A DNA stretch of 64,000 nucleotides from Octopus sinensis (taxonomy: Eukaryota): NCBI RefSeq assembly GCF_006345805.1, contig NC_043000.1:157542001-157606000 (forward strand), written 5' to 3'. Position 1 is the first letter of the stretch, and the number at the start of each line of letters is the position of its first letter. The notes under the pieces are model-generated. The model was not told the DNA's origin. It did not search any database and saw only the letters and a program-made list of their open reading frames with translations. Shown here one piece after another: positions 37,080 to 50,677 of this stretch. A program made the position numbers and the translations under genes.

Positions 37080-38430
37080 TATATATTAATATATACATAT
37101 ATATAGTTTTATACTTCAACCGCAAAGGTTTTTAATATACTGCCACGCTTTCTGATGGAATCCTTTTCTGTAGAGAAAGGGATTTCATCCTATATTGTTA
37201 GTATATATATATATATATACATATATATATTCGTATATGTATGTATGCTTATGTACATATATACGAATCTGTGTATATATACGTGCTTATGTGTGTGCGC
37301 GTGTGTGTGTGTGTATGTGTGTGTGTGTGAGTGAGTGAGTGCTTTGGTAATTTATTCTTTAGTATCGGTGGAAAGGTTGATTCTCTTAGAAAGCTTTCCA
37401 AATGTATATTCTCTCTCCAGTGTTCTTTCATCTCTCTCTCTTTACTTGAATACATACTGAGAAATAAAAAGAGAGAGAAAGAAAGAACGAATGAGGAATT
37501 GTAACAGTGAATCTGCCATTTGATTTGAATATTAAAGAAAGTTATATGACAGCTTTGTGATTTTAAGGTCAGATTTATCTCTCAAAAAATCTGGTCACGA
37601 AGGATTTTATGATGCTGCACTTTTCGCTGTTTATCGTGATTGTGCTGAGAAAGAAATCATGATGCCGTGGATATTATTGTTGGGTCGGATTCGATTCATA
37701 TTCAAGATTATGATGTTTGTGAAGGAGTCAGGAGAGTAGATGTGTATCAGAAGAGTCTTGGAATGAATGAACTCAGCAATTTTTAACAGCTATTTTAAGG
37801 AATTGATTGATTGTGTTCTTATAAAGTTAGATTCTGCATGCTTTCGCATAAAAGGATATATGGATATAAGTGTGCATACTTGCATACATTACATATATAC
37901 GTGAAAATATACATCTCACTTTCTCTCTCTCTCTCTCTCTGTTTCACTCTCTCTCAGTATATATATATATGTATGTATGTATATATAGACATATAGGTAG
38001 ATGCAATACAACATGATAAACAATAGTGGAGAATTTTACATCATCAAAATATATTTATTTAATTATTATTCCCACCAAATTCCAATGCGACACGTGCTTC
38101 TACTAGATAAGTGGCCTCGTGTTCTTTGATGCAGAAGTTGTGTGCATTTAGTTGATTTAAATGAAAGCAATTTCAGTACATATTCACCCACAGCTCAACG
38201 TTCCTATGCAGGTTTGTTAAAGCCACCTCTTTAAGCCGTGAAGCTAGTTCTATATTAAGACTGTAGAGTTTAATTTCAAATCTTTCGATTTGTATTCTCC
38301 ATCTCTAGATCTTCCCTGTTGGCTGTGTGTGTGTATTGTATGAGAATAGTAAATCTGTACTGCATTAAAGTATGGGATAACCCATCAAAAGATTATTGTT
38401 AAATTCTTTTTTATTATAATTGAATATAAA

Positions 38431-38469
<39 letters not shown>

Positions 38470-38609
38470 TATATATATACATACATACATACATATATAT
38501 ATTATATATATATATATATATATAATATATATATATATATAATATATATATATATATGTATGTATGTAGATACACGAGCGAGAGTAAAAAATATATGCCG
38601 TACTCTGTC

Positions 38610-38980
38610 TTTTGGATTCTTCTACCCATAATGATGCTCCTACGTTCCATCGCCTGTGACTATTCTGCTCAAAAGTTCCTCTCCCCAATTGTTGTAGTGA
38701 TAGAGTAAACGTTGGCAGCCCTCAAGATGTTTGTGCTTGTGCTCTACAGTAAGCTCTCTCTGCGCCCATCTTGTATAGACTTTATGGAAGCCGAGCTCAT
38801 CGTGGATGATTTGATTGGCAGAATCATGACTTATCTGCAGAGAAGGAGCTACCTGATCGATGATAACTCGCCGGTTCACCATTACCATCTCCCGACCTTG
38901 CTGAATTTTCTTTTCTGTGGTAGGGGTTGACTGGCGTCCAGCTCTGTCTTCGAGCGTCAGACTTGTCTGGCCACTTTTAA
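38610..38980 (-). pseudogene. Mariner transposase fragment (HTH to first catalytic Asp)
   Basis: NRRVIIDQVA.SLQIS..SA..IIHDELGFHKV..RWA.RELT..HK...RIVTGD matches mariner motifs (WVP..LT, VTGDE); followed by a stop. Confidence 0.9.
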
Positions 38981-39779
38981 ATAATATTCAATTGAATTAT
39001 ATACTTAGATTGACACCTCATTAGGTCACAAATAATATATACAACAATATTATATAAATATCAAACTTAGTACATAAGTACCGGCCGAACGATATTCTTG
39101 CAGTGTATGTAGACAATTAGATCCAGCTGAATAAAGAAATCCGCTCTTGAGCTATTCAGACAGGTACATTATATCAAATATACGTAAACAGAATTATATT
39201 AAGCATAGAAAAGGGAATTTCGAAAAGAATTACGCAATTCTCCGCGAATGTAAATATATTCAACACACGCACACTTCTATAACTCTGATTTATCTAAGGC
39301 AGGAGATAATTTTTGGAAAGCTCAGAAAGTTTGAAAGGCTATAATAACAACTAAACTAATAGTCAGATCATTAAGACTAAATCAAACATTATTAACAAGG
39401 AATTTATGAATATTGACTATTCTGGTACTTCTTATAATCCAACTGAATCCGCTGAATATAATAAAAATAATAAGAATGAACATGGAGCCAAGCGAGCAAA
39501 TAACCTAACATATAGATCTAGTAGGGATGGTTTTTATAGTCCTATTGGAATTATGGGCAAGATTTATAGCAATAATGGGATGGGTGCTAAGGGTGGAAGA
39601 ATGTCTAATATGCATCCCAAAAGCGATGATCTAGATGGCGGGAATAAGATCAATACCAACAATAATGGGGAATAAGGTCAATATTTGCAATAAATTGGGT
39701 ATTACTTTTAGTAATAGCGTAAATAAGGGCCTATCAGGTAGTTCGTGAGGTAACAGGGGCTTTGGTTAGGGCCACTTAC

Positions 39780-39890
39780 GTAAAAATAAGAATACTAAGA
39801 AAGATGTTTTAATCTGGCATAATCCTCCTTTCAATTGAACAATAGCTACTAATCTGTATTGAAAATTTCTAGCGTCATTGGAGAAATATA
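39780..39890 (+). pseudogene. Decayed PLE post-RT motif
   Basis: KKDVLIWHNPPFN*TIATNLY*KFL resembles the PLE motif IIWFNPP(F/Y)..V.TN.G..FL. Confidence 0.55.
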
Positions 39891-40404
39891 TTGTTCTCCT
39901 GTAAGAAAATCAGAGTCTTATATTCTACTAGCCTGTGGGATTGAGAATCATAGTAGTAAAATTAATCTAGCCCCTAATGCCAGCTTTAATAATCTTAATG
40001 ATGTAAATATCAATAGTATTAAAGATCCTTGTAACCCATTAAATTATGAGTTGCTTGTAAATTGCAAATCTAATAACCATGATGTGTTTAAGCGTAACAA
40101 AGAGAGTATCATGAACAATAATAGTAAACAAGATATGGCTGTGAATAATGCAGTGAGAACCGAGAACTTCCATCCATCAGCTAGCCTAGGTTATGACCTA
40201 TCCTTGATTAGATCGGAATCTTGCTGCTAATCCTGTTTCAGCCAGTAGTAGTGTAGAGCAGATAGTTGGTGGTAATGGCACCAGTGAATCATCTGAGGTA
40301 TCTTATTTATCCCATCGGCAACCCACTTACGTTCATTTCATAACCCTTAGTGATACAAACCATGATCTGAGCCAGTTATAGGAACCAAAGTAGTGGCAAC
40401 GTAA

Positions 40405-40760
40405 TCCTTAGATCCTACGATCATTTCTATCTAACTTTTTTGTGTAGGTGACCTTTATGTTTAGATAATTTGTCTGTCTGAATATTTACTCTCCACCTAG
40501 TTCTTTCACATCTTTACATCGTGATAACTTTTCTCTCTGACTAATTATTTCCCATCTCGTTAATCCATATCTTTACATTGTCTATGGCTTTTAGAACTTA
40601 TAAATTAAACCAAAAAAATTTACCTAGCAAATAATATAACCCCGCCACTGGGCATAGTATACCTTTATTAATTTAAGAACATTTTTCTATTTGTTTTTAA
40701 TTTTAATTTGATTTTATTTATAACCATCTTCTTCTTAACAGTATCTTATCATACATTTAG
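40405..40760 (+). pseudogene. Highly decayed PLE RT core
   Basis: SYD....FCVGDLY and LHRDNF resemble the GSYD..EVCELVGLY and LYRDD motifs; many stops. Confidence 0.4.
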
Positions 40761-41924
40761 TTTACTGACAATACTTGTGAGATCCTAATATCACTTTCTA
40801 TGAAATACGAGCTATAAGACATTAGTTTGTGGCTTACCGATATGGATCTAGTTATTCCTCCCTTGACTGTTGCATTTTGAATCATTGTAATGCACCGGGA
40901 ATATCATACCCTTTAATTACCTTAATTTTAATATAATAAGATACACCCTGCTTGTTATCCCTAATAATATTTATATACCCAATTTAATCAAGTGTTCGTT
41001 AATATATCCTATTTGGCCATTTATAACCTATAATATGAAATAATCATTCGTAGGCTTAAATTATAAGACTATAATTTAACTATTTAATCTTAACTCACTC
41101 AGTACAGTATCGATCCTATAGATTATTATAATATGCATCTATCCCTTTCCAAGATTTTTATATATGGTTGATATAAAATATATATTTTTTATTTTTTATT
41201 ATTAGTGGATTTATATTTTCCGCACAAAATTTGTTTATTTTTTACAATATGTTTATTTACGGTTATTATTAATATAATCAAGCTTCACACACCCCTAATT
41301 ATAACGCATAACATCAAAAGTCCTTTAGTCTTATATGTTTTTCTTGTCTAATATAAAAACCTTTTAATTTTGTTTTATTTTTATTAGTTTTACTTTTATT
41401 TTTATCTTTATTCATGACTTTTTTACAATTTTTATATATTTTTACTTTTATTATAATTTTCATATATTTTTATCTCTTATATATTTATATATCTCGTTGT
41501 ATACTTTATATTTTTATATACCTTATATTTTTTTTACAATTTTAAGTTTTCAAATTTCTATATGTAAATACACTTCTTTATATATATATTTTAATTAATT
41601 TTCAATTATTTACTTATTTAATTATTAATGCTTGATATTAATTTGTCTTATCTTTACCATCCAGTTATTGGTTCGTACGTTCAAAAAACTTTTGACTTTT
41701 ATTTTATTGGTATCCCTTTTACAATTTTTATATATCTTCATTTTTACTCTAATATTATCTATATACTCTATAGTTCTTTAAAATTTTAATTTTCTTCTTA
41801 CTTTTATATCTTAATGCATCCTTTCTTCTTATAATTTTAAGTACCTTTTAATTATTTACCTGTATCTAATTTTTAATATATCTTACTGCTAAATTGTTGT
41901 AGGTTTTTTTAATTCCCATGTAAA

Positions 41925-42550
41925 TGGCCCAGACTGGAAATGGACAACGAGAAAGGAAGCGGTGAAGGAAAGGCAGATGAGGAATTCAGCTGCTGCAGAA
42001 AGGTGTTTTCTAGTTACATCTGACAGAGAATTCACCAAGGGAAGGTGTGTCAGAAGAAACTGATCCAACAGTGCGGGTTGCAAAACCAGAAAACGTGTGG
42101 CCAGAACCTCCTGGAAAGAAACCATAGCGAGGGTCACTCCACAGTTGAATCGGAACAGCCAAGAAAAGAGATAGGCATAAAGGAGCCAAAGACTAAGTGG
42201 CCGAAGGTAAATGATGCAGCTAGCTATAAGAAATTCGACGATGAGGTAGCAAGAATGACCACCAAATTCAAAGGGGGCAACGAACAAAAGCTCGAGAACT
42301 AGGCTAATATAATCTATCAGAAAGGAAGGAGAGAAAAGAAGTGGAATCATCGGCAAAGGGCGGACTATCGAGTGAAAGACGGGTCGCAAAGCTACGAGAA
42401 GAGAACACTCAGAACCAGATGGAGGGATGGAAAGGAAGAGGAAATAGAAGGTTTAAAACAGCTATATGAAGAGATAAAAAATGAAGCATCGAGAGCAACT
42501 AAGAAATGTAGAACACAAGAAAGAAGAGAGGAAAGAACTATCGCAGTTTT
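41925..42550 (+). pseudogene. N-terminal fragment of a Hero-like (R2 group) non-LTR retrotransposon
   Basis: CCRKV....IHQGKVC zinc-finger-like start; KWPKVND...KKFDDEV...G.NEQKLEN*ANIIY; RTLRTRW...EIEGLKQL; frameshifted. Confidence 0.7.
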
Positions 42551-42559
42551 AGAAACAAC

Positions 42560-43226
42560 CCAGTACACAGCTGGTAATTAATTTATCGACCTCGGAAGGA
42601 TGAAAGTCAAAGTCGACCTCGGTGGAATTTGAACTCAGAACGTAAAGACAGACAAAATACCTATTCCTTTACTACCCACAAGAGGCTAAACACAGAGGGG
42701 ACGAACAATGACAGACACACGGATTAAGTCGATTATATCGACCCCAGTGTGTAACTGGTACTTATTTAATCGACCTCGGAAGGATGAAAGTCAAAGTCGA
42801 CCTCGGTGGAATTTGAACTCAGAACGTAAAGACAGACAAAATACCGCTAAGCATTTCACCCAGCATGCTATTGTTTCTTATTTCTTTATGGCCCACAAGG
42901 AGCTAAGCATAGAGGGGACAAACAGGGACAGACAAAGGGATTAAGCAGATTACATCGACCCCAGTGCGTAACTGGTACTTATTTGATCGATCCTGAAAGG
43001 ATGAAAGGCAAAGTTGACCTCGGTGGAATTTGAACTCAGAACGTAACGGCCGACGAAATACCTATTTCTTTACTACCCACAAGGGACTAAACATAGAGAG
43101 GACGAACAAGAACAGACAAAGGGATTAAGTCGATTATATTGAATTTGAACTCAGAACGTAGCGGCAGATGAAATACCGCTAAGCATTTCGCCCGGTGTGC
43201 TAACGTTTCTGCCAGCTCGCCGCCTT
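42560..43226 (-). mobile_element. SINE family 2 multimer (about four body units)
   Basis: Head at 43170-43226; repeated units each containing GAATTTGAACTCAGAACG (reverse B-box). Confidence 0.88.
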
Positions 43227-44575
43227 CCACACCTCACATATTAACACAGGTCTTAGTCTATATTCGCTTGTACATGATCAAAATATTTCACTCAGTCTCT
43301 CAATCAGAGAGCTTTGTCGCATTTCAATATAAATAGATTGGTCACCGTAACATAAAACTCAACATCTTAAATGAACTGTTGCAGATAAACATAACACTTA
43401 ACCATTCTACCGTAAATCGGATAGCATCAACAGTTGTTCAAATACATTTATGTAATGTGAACATCATTTTATTACAAATTAGCTGGCAATATCTCAAGGG
43501 TTACGTAAAAATTCTGCCATAATTTTGACTCCATCTATAAAGCAGCCTTTATTACGTCACTCGTCCTACTAGAAATAGCAGCCAAATATCCAGGCAAATC
43601 ACTTCCAATGTCTTAAAAATATGATAAAAAGGAAATTGATAGCAATGGATACACAATTTCTGAATAAGAAATTGCAATATTGCAGTTGGAATGTATTTTT
43701 GGTTATGTGTCTTGTTGATTCGAATCGATCTCGGGTTACACTATAGTCGACATCACTGTTGTCAATAGCTAAAGTAGATCATTCAGACTTTCTAACATAA
43801 ATCTGATCGTGTCAATACAAATGTTTTAAATAGGTCACGGGAACATCCTACCATAAAGCTGATCATCTCAAATCAACTGTTGAGAATTGTTTACGTCACA
43901 CCTAAACATCAGTCGTGATTTACAGCTTACGAAGCGTAATATTTCTCAGAGAGATGGGGGATACATAAGTCAATGGAACATTTATTAAGTTACAGGTGCA
44001 ATATAAAGTGTCTACCACCGTTAATCGAAACCAAGGCGGAAACACAACTCATCGGTTTGCTAAGTTATTTCTCCTCTCCAGAGACCTGTCTCGGTTTCAA
44101 TTGCCGTATAAGATTTGCCTTGATTTACCTCACAAATATCCTTTAGGATAAAATGAACGACACGAACTCCTTCTAGCATCCATTCACTATAAACATAGGT
44201 TTGATGCCTATGTAAGGTAAAAACAAAATGTTCAATTTTCTGCTATAGATATTTCCGTGTGTATATCCTTATAGTTTTATATATAATAAACATGAGACAG
44301 TGTAATATAATAATTTTCTCAAAGTCATTAGCGCCGGAACAACTATAAATCGAATTTAGTTCGTGCACTCGCTTCACCTAAAATCGACGAACAGGTGACA
44401 TCGACGACGACGATGATTGCGACAAAGACGATGAAGGATGAGGAGAATGACGGAAAGAAGAAGCTGAAAAAAAAAACGAAAAAGAGACGGAATAACAGAT
44501 GACAAAAAAGAACACAACAGTTATACTAATGATCCTTTACAAAATATGTCAAGCTTAAGAAATTCATTTGAGAGG

Positions 44576-44695
<120 letters not shown>

Positions 44696-45260
44696 CAGAC
44701 AAATTGAGAGACAGAAAGAGAAATAGGGTAAAATAGAATGAACCGACCGTCATAGACAACCGGTACATCTTTTCTCACTTTCGGAGCAATGAAAGGAATA
44801 GAGAATTGGCTGATTTTTTTAACTAATAATATTGAAGAATAAAAGTAAACATCGTAATTGATTTTATCCTGTCGTCGCATTCTACTGGCGTCAGACTGCT
44901 CTGCCATCTTTCAGCAATGCTCTATGCAAGAATGCAGGCACACACGGGGTTATGTTTTCGAAATTCGCTTGAACTAGGAGCGCCAAAACATTCTTAACTC
45001 TGTGTATCAGTCTATTTACCTGTGTATTCTTAGCTGTTCCTTGTGTCTCTGTGTACGTGTAATACGCGCATACATACATACATAATACATACATACATAC
45101 ATACATACATACACACACATATATATATATATATGTATATACATATATTATGTCGTATATGTATTTTATATATACCTGCATGTATAATTAAATACAATAA
45201 TATATTATACATATATATACACACATGCATATGCACACACACACCACACACACACACACA

Positions 45261-45705
45261 CATAATTGAGATTCAGTTGAATTAGGTACTTAATTTGAAG
45301 CACCAACCCAATCCGGTATTATCGTACAACTCAAAATAAGGTGAATGAAATCAAAATAAGCAAAAAGATTTCAAGTGGTGATGCAGTATGATCGTTTCAA
45401 GCGGCTCCATTTAATTGAACAATGAAATCATTTAATAAATGTAAATGAAGGGCTATCCTCAGCTGCATGAAGAAATAAATAGAATTTTTAATCAGTTGGA
45501 CACATCAATATAATTGTCGGATATATTAATATGATTATATGATATTGTTAATGTGTCCGACTGATTAAAAATTATTTTTATTTATTTATGCAGCTGAGGA
45601 TAGTCCTACATTTAAATTGATATAATGATTGCATTATTCAATTAAATGGAGTCGCATGAAACGCTCGTACTGCATCGCCTCTTGATATCTTCTTGTTTAT
45701 TTTGA

Positions 45706-45706
<1 letters not shown>
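45261..45706 (-). mobile_element. Palindromic HHR element, family P3 (older, arms diverged)
   Basis: Imperfect inverted repeat 45350-45706, with HHRs at 45381-45468 (-) and 45588-45675 (+) and an extra ~90-bp tail 45261-45349. Confidence 0.82.
45588..45675 (+). ncRNA. Type I hammerhead with long stem II; core intact, stem II base eroded
   Basis: ATGCAG-CTGAGGA-[57-nt hairpin, CATTT..TTGA/TCAA..AAATG]-GAA-ACGCTCGT-A-CTGCAT; duplicated at 46149-46236. Confidence 0.75.
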
Positions 45707-45741
<35 letters not shown>

Positions 45742-45822
45742 ATATATATATATATATTATACATACATCCATACATCCATACATCCATACATACACACAC
45801 ACACACACAACACACACACACA

Positions 45823-46265
45823 CATAATTGAGATTCAGTTGAATTAGGTACTTAATTGAAGCACCAACCCAATCCGGTATTATCGTACAACTCAAAATAA
45901 GGTGAATGAAATCAAAATAAGCAAAAAGATTTCAAGTGGTGATGCAGTATGATCGTTTCAAGCGGCTCCATTTAATTGAACAATGAAATCATTTAATAAA
46001 TGTAAATGAAGGGCTATCCTCAGCTGCATGAAGAAATAAATAGAATTTTTAATCAGTTGGACACATCAATATAATTGTCGGATATATTAATATGATTATA
46101 TGATATTGTTAATGTGTCCGACTGATTAAAAATTATTTTTATTTATTTATGCAGCTGAGGATAGTCCTACATTTAAATTGATATAATGATTGCATTATTC
46201 AATTAAATGGAGTCGCATGAAACGCTCGTACTGCATCGCCTCTTGATATCTTCTTGTTTATTTTG

Positions 46266-46267
<2 letters not shown>
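45823..46267 (-). mobile_element. Tandem duplicate of the P3 element
   Basis: Essentially identical to 45261-45706 at offset 561-562 (one T indel seen). Confidence 0.9.
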
Positions 46268-46301
<34 letters not shown>

Positions 46302-46346
46302 TATATATATATATATATACATACATCCATACATCCATACATCCAT

Positions 46347-46448
<102 letters not shown>

Positions 46449-47203
46449 ATGTGTGTGGTGTGTGTGTGTATGCATGTATTTATATGCATATTCTGTGTAA
46501 GTTAAGAAACGCTGACGAGTGGAAGTTTTGTAAATATCATTATAATTTTTCACTGTATATATTGATTGCAAAATCTGTCTCATACTGGTGAATATAAGAA
46601 ACTCATGACGGAAAAATATGCTTTTCCTCAAGGGTTTATATACTCTAATATCAGAGAACTTTGCATAGTCAATATATATAGCGGAAACTTATAATTATAT
46701 TTAGAATACATGTAAAAAAATGTTTGCCGATCTTCGTATGTACACCAGCAGAGTATATGTTTCACTGAGGAGTGTTACCTATTCCGATACATGACCGTCA
46801 CTCTTACCAGCTGGCATTACAAACCAGAGCTATTCAAACCTGCGTTGCTTATATTGTCTGAAAATTTCGATGCACTTATTTTATTAGTGAAATTTCTGCT
46901 GCATAGTGCCTGCTTATTTTATATATTTATTTATTTATTTTGTAGCAAATGTGATTATAGTAATTTATTGGCTAGGAATTGCATTGACAGCTTAGTTGAG
47001 CGAATGTTATCACCTCATTGTTTTATATATGTGTCACCATGCTTTATTACTTTATTTGTATCTGATATGCAGGGCAATGTCCTGAAATAATTTCTCCGTT
47101 GTTGATATTTGTCAAGAACGTCACAATATTTTCTTTAGTTTTATTGATGCTGATCACCTGTTGAGCTTAAAAAAAAACACACCTGTTCTCCAATAATCAT
47201 TAC

Positions 47204-47413
47204 TTACTTTTACTTTTACTTGTTTCAGTAATTTGACTGCGGCCATGCTGGAGCACCGCCTTTTAGTCGAGCAAATCGACCCCGGGACTTATTCTTTGTA
47301 AGCCCAGTACTTATTCTATCGGTCTCTTTTGCAGAACCGCTAAGTGACGGGGACGTAAAGACACCAGCATCGGTTGTCAAGCAATGCTAGGGGGGACAAA
47401 CACAGACACACAA

Positions 47414-47444
<31 letters not shown>

Positions 47445-47579
47445 CATATATACGACAAGGCATTGGTCGGCCCGGGGCTATAGCAGAAGACACTTGCCCA
47501 AGATGCCACGCAGTGGGACTGAACCCGGAACCATGTGGTTGGTTAGCAAGCTACTTACCACACAGCCACTCCTGCGCCT
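47204..47579 (-). mobile_element. SINE family 1, near full length
   Basis: Homologous to 25125-25510 with a small internal deletion. Confidence 0.92.
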
Positions 47580-48959
47580 ATATATTCACTGTATATATTC
47601 ATTGTATATATTCACCAAGAATGAGCCATAGCCACTCATAATTAGAAGGAATACTGGTAGAATTTCCCACTGAAATCCTCAATAAAATGTAAACATGATA
47701 GATTTGGGACTATTGTGGAAGTCAGCTGCCCAGTGGATATTAACACAAAGCTAAAGATCAGCGAGACAGGAAATACCTGCACTGAACAAGAGCAATAAAT
47801 TGTTTTATTTCTTTAAATTTTAAACGCCTACCTGATGAAGCTTTTACCGATTAATTGTTTCGGTAATCTTAATATATCGATTTCGTGACGCTACATATTT
47901 ATACCTAGTATGCAAACCTCGCAGAACACCTCCACCACCTTCGATAAATATATTTTAGTCTTTCTGTTCGCCTGGGAATCTCGTCTGCTGTATTCAAGGT
48001 AGGATAAATGCTGTGCTGATTACCTCTATTAAGGTAAAAACCGGTCCGTTGCCATCCTCTGGTCTTCAGACAATGACAATCTTTTCTTAAATGACATATC
48101 GAGAATACTTGTTATTTGAGATTATCTACCCTTGTCATTTGGAGATAATCGTAATTGCTACAAGGCATATGTCTGTTATTCTCTGGAAGGGAAGATCATT
48201 TCAATAAATCAAGAATTAATCTCGCATGGTATTTGATATGTCTTTATTCATCATTATTGTTAATGTTCATGCCAGTGGCTATTCTGAGTTATATTGCTTG
48301 GAATATTTCCATTTAAAACACACCCACACTCACACACATCCACAAATGCACAAACACACTCACACACACTCACAGAACATATACACACACATATAATTAT
48401 ATGTGAGTATGTATAAAATGTATATATATATATATTTCAACGCTTGTGGTTCCCTTATTTTATTGCAAAGTATCTAGTATCATTGTATTATTATTACGTA
48501 TTCCAAAAGCGAGATATTTTCCCCGTTGTCCTTGAGCATAATATTGAATTCTACTTGCGCAAGCTTTCATGATTAATTACGACATTATTTCCGTATTATG
48601 TCATAATGATATATTATTTCTATCGTACACGATGCTCCCGTCGCACAATTACTACTAAAAAGTGCTTTCAGGATATATTCCACACATCTGAAGCTGCATG
48701 AAGGAAATGCGTGGACTTAAATTAAATGTAATCAATAAGGGTTAATATGCAAAGAAGGAAGAGAAATAATGACTTCCCGTACCTTTTGGGTAGAGTTCAG
48801 CCAATAGGAAGACAGCCCTTCAGGATCGACTGACAATTAACTTAATCAGCCCATATGTCCGGTCACATGGTATTTTGTTTTCTTCATTACATTTGCGCTT
48901 CATAATATATATACGTAAGTGCGGGTGTTTGTGCCTGGATGTGTGTGAATGTGTGCGTA

Positions 48960-49007
<48 letters not shown>

Positions 49008-49037
49008 AACTTAGTTACTTATACATATGTATATATG

Positions 49038-49088
<51 letters not shown>

Positions 49089-50179
49089 TTGTGTGTGTAT
49101 GTACATACATGCATGCATACATATATACAAATATATATGGGTATATTATGATGATGTGCACGCAAGAATATAAGAAAATAAATGTAATTATATTCCCCAT
49201 ACACACACATATGTATGCGTGTGTGTACATAAACGTATACATATATATGCAGATGTGTGTGTGTGTGTGTGTGCATCTTCATGTGTGTATAAAGTGAGAT
49301 AGTTACGCAGATATTAGCCAAACTGAAACGCATATAAAATAGTTGTGCAGCATAAATACATACACACACACACGTACGCACGTACACTTACATACATACA
49401 CACATTCACACAAATAGAAATGTACGCACCAGAGACACAAAATAACTTTGCTTTCGTTGAGTGTTATTTATATTTCTCCGTTCTTTTTATATGAATTTAA
49501 ATTAAGCAAAGAGACTCAGTCTATGACATAATATACGAACATCTATTTTTATTCTCAGGTTCATGAAAACCTGTTGGAGAAATATACACAGATACTTAGA
49601 GACTTAAATACAGATTTAAAAAATGAAAATGAAGACATAATTTAAATAACGAATGTAATTGGATATTCTCTAGATATATAGATAGATACATCCACACACA
49701 TACATACATACATACATACATACATACATACATGCATACATACATACATACATACACACACACATACATACATATATACATACATACATACATACTTACA
49801 TACATACATACATATATACATACATACATATACATACATACACACATACATACATACATACATACATACATACATACATGCATACATACATACATACATT
49901 CATACATACATACATCTAACTGCAAATCTTGAGAAATTAGGCTTCTCAAAACCAGAAAAAACTAATTCGAATCTACAGATCCAATCCATCTATAAAAATC
50001 TGTAAAACTTTCCAGAAACTTATCATTTAAATATATATGAGCATGTCTACATATGCAAGTATATGCATAAGAATACATACATAAAACATACATATCTGCG
50101 CCTACATAAATACATACATACATACATACATACATACATACATACATACATACATACATACATACATACACACAAACAA

Positions 50180-50280
50180 AAATACTCTGTTGTTGATGTT
50201 GAAATTCCAATGAAGGAGTCTTGGATCTAGGTTAGAAACCGTTTCTTTCTCAATCGGCAAAAAGTCTTGAATAAACTGAA
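50180..50280 (+). repeat. Interspersed repeat fragment (3' part also at 21835-21895)
   Basis: TTAGAAACCG..TCT.TCT...GGCAA.AA.TCTTGAA.TAAA.TGAATA is shared by both loci. Confidence 0.55.
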
Positions 50281-50326
50281 TACATACATACACACACATA
50301 CATATATACATACATACATACATACA

Positions 50327-50360
<34 letters not shown>

Positions 50361-50632
50361 CATACTTACATACATATATACATACATACAGAGAAAGCTA
50401 TTTCGAAGACTCCGGATCCACTCCATCACTGAAACTGTAAAAATCTGTAAAACTTTCCAGAAGTTTATCATTTAAATATGTAGGAGCATGTCTACCTAAG
50501 CAACTATATGCTGGATGATACATACATAAAACATACAAATCTGCACCTACATACCTACATGCATACACACAAAAATACCCTGTTGTTGATGTTGAAATTG
50601 CAACCCAGGGTTTGGTTCAAAATTCTACCAGG

Positions 50633-50677
50633 ACACCTGATGAATGCTGGACAGTAAATCAGCCAAAACGATGTCGT
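50633..50677 (+). ncRNA. Decayed hammerhead motif
   Basis: ACAC-CTGATGA-A-TGCTG GACAGTAAAT CAGCC-AAAACG..: core and stem II recognisable, G12A, stems I and III damaged. Confidence 0.4.

Noticed and set aside
47832-47870. CTGATGA followed by a hairpin
   Set aside because: No GAAA, stem III or stem I; not a hammerhead.
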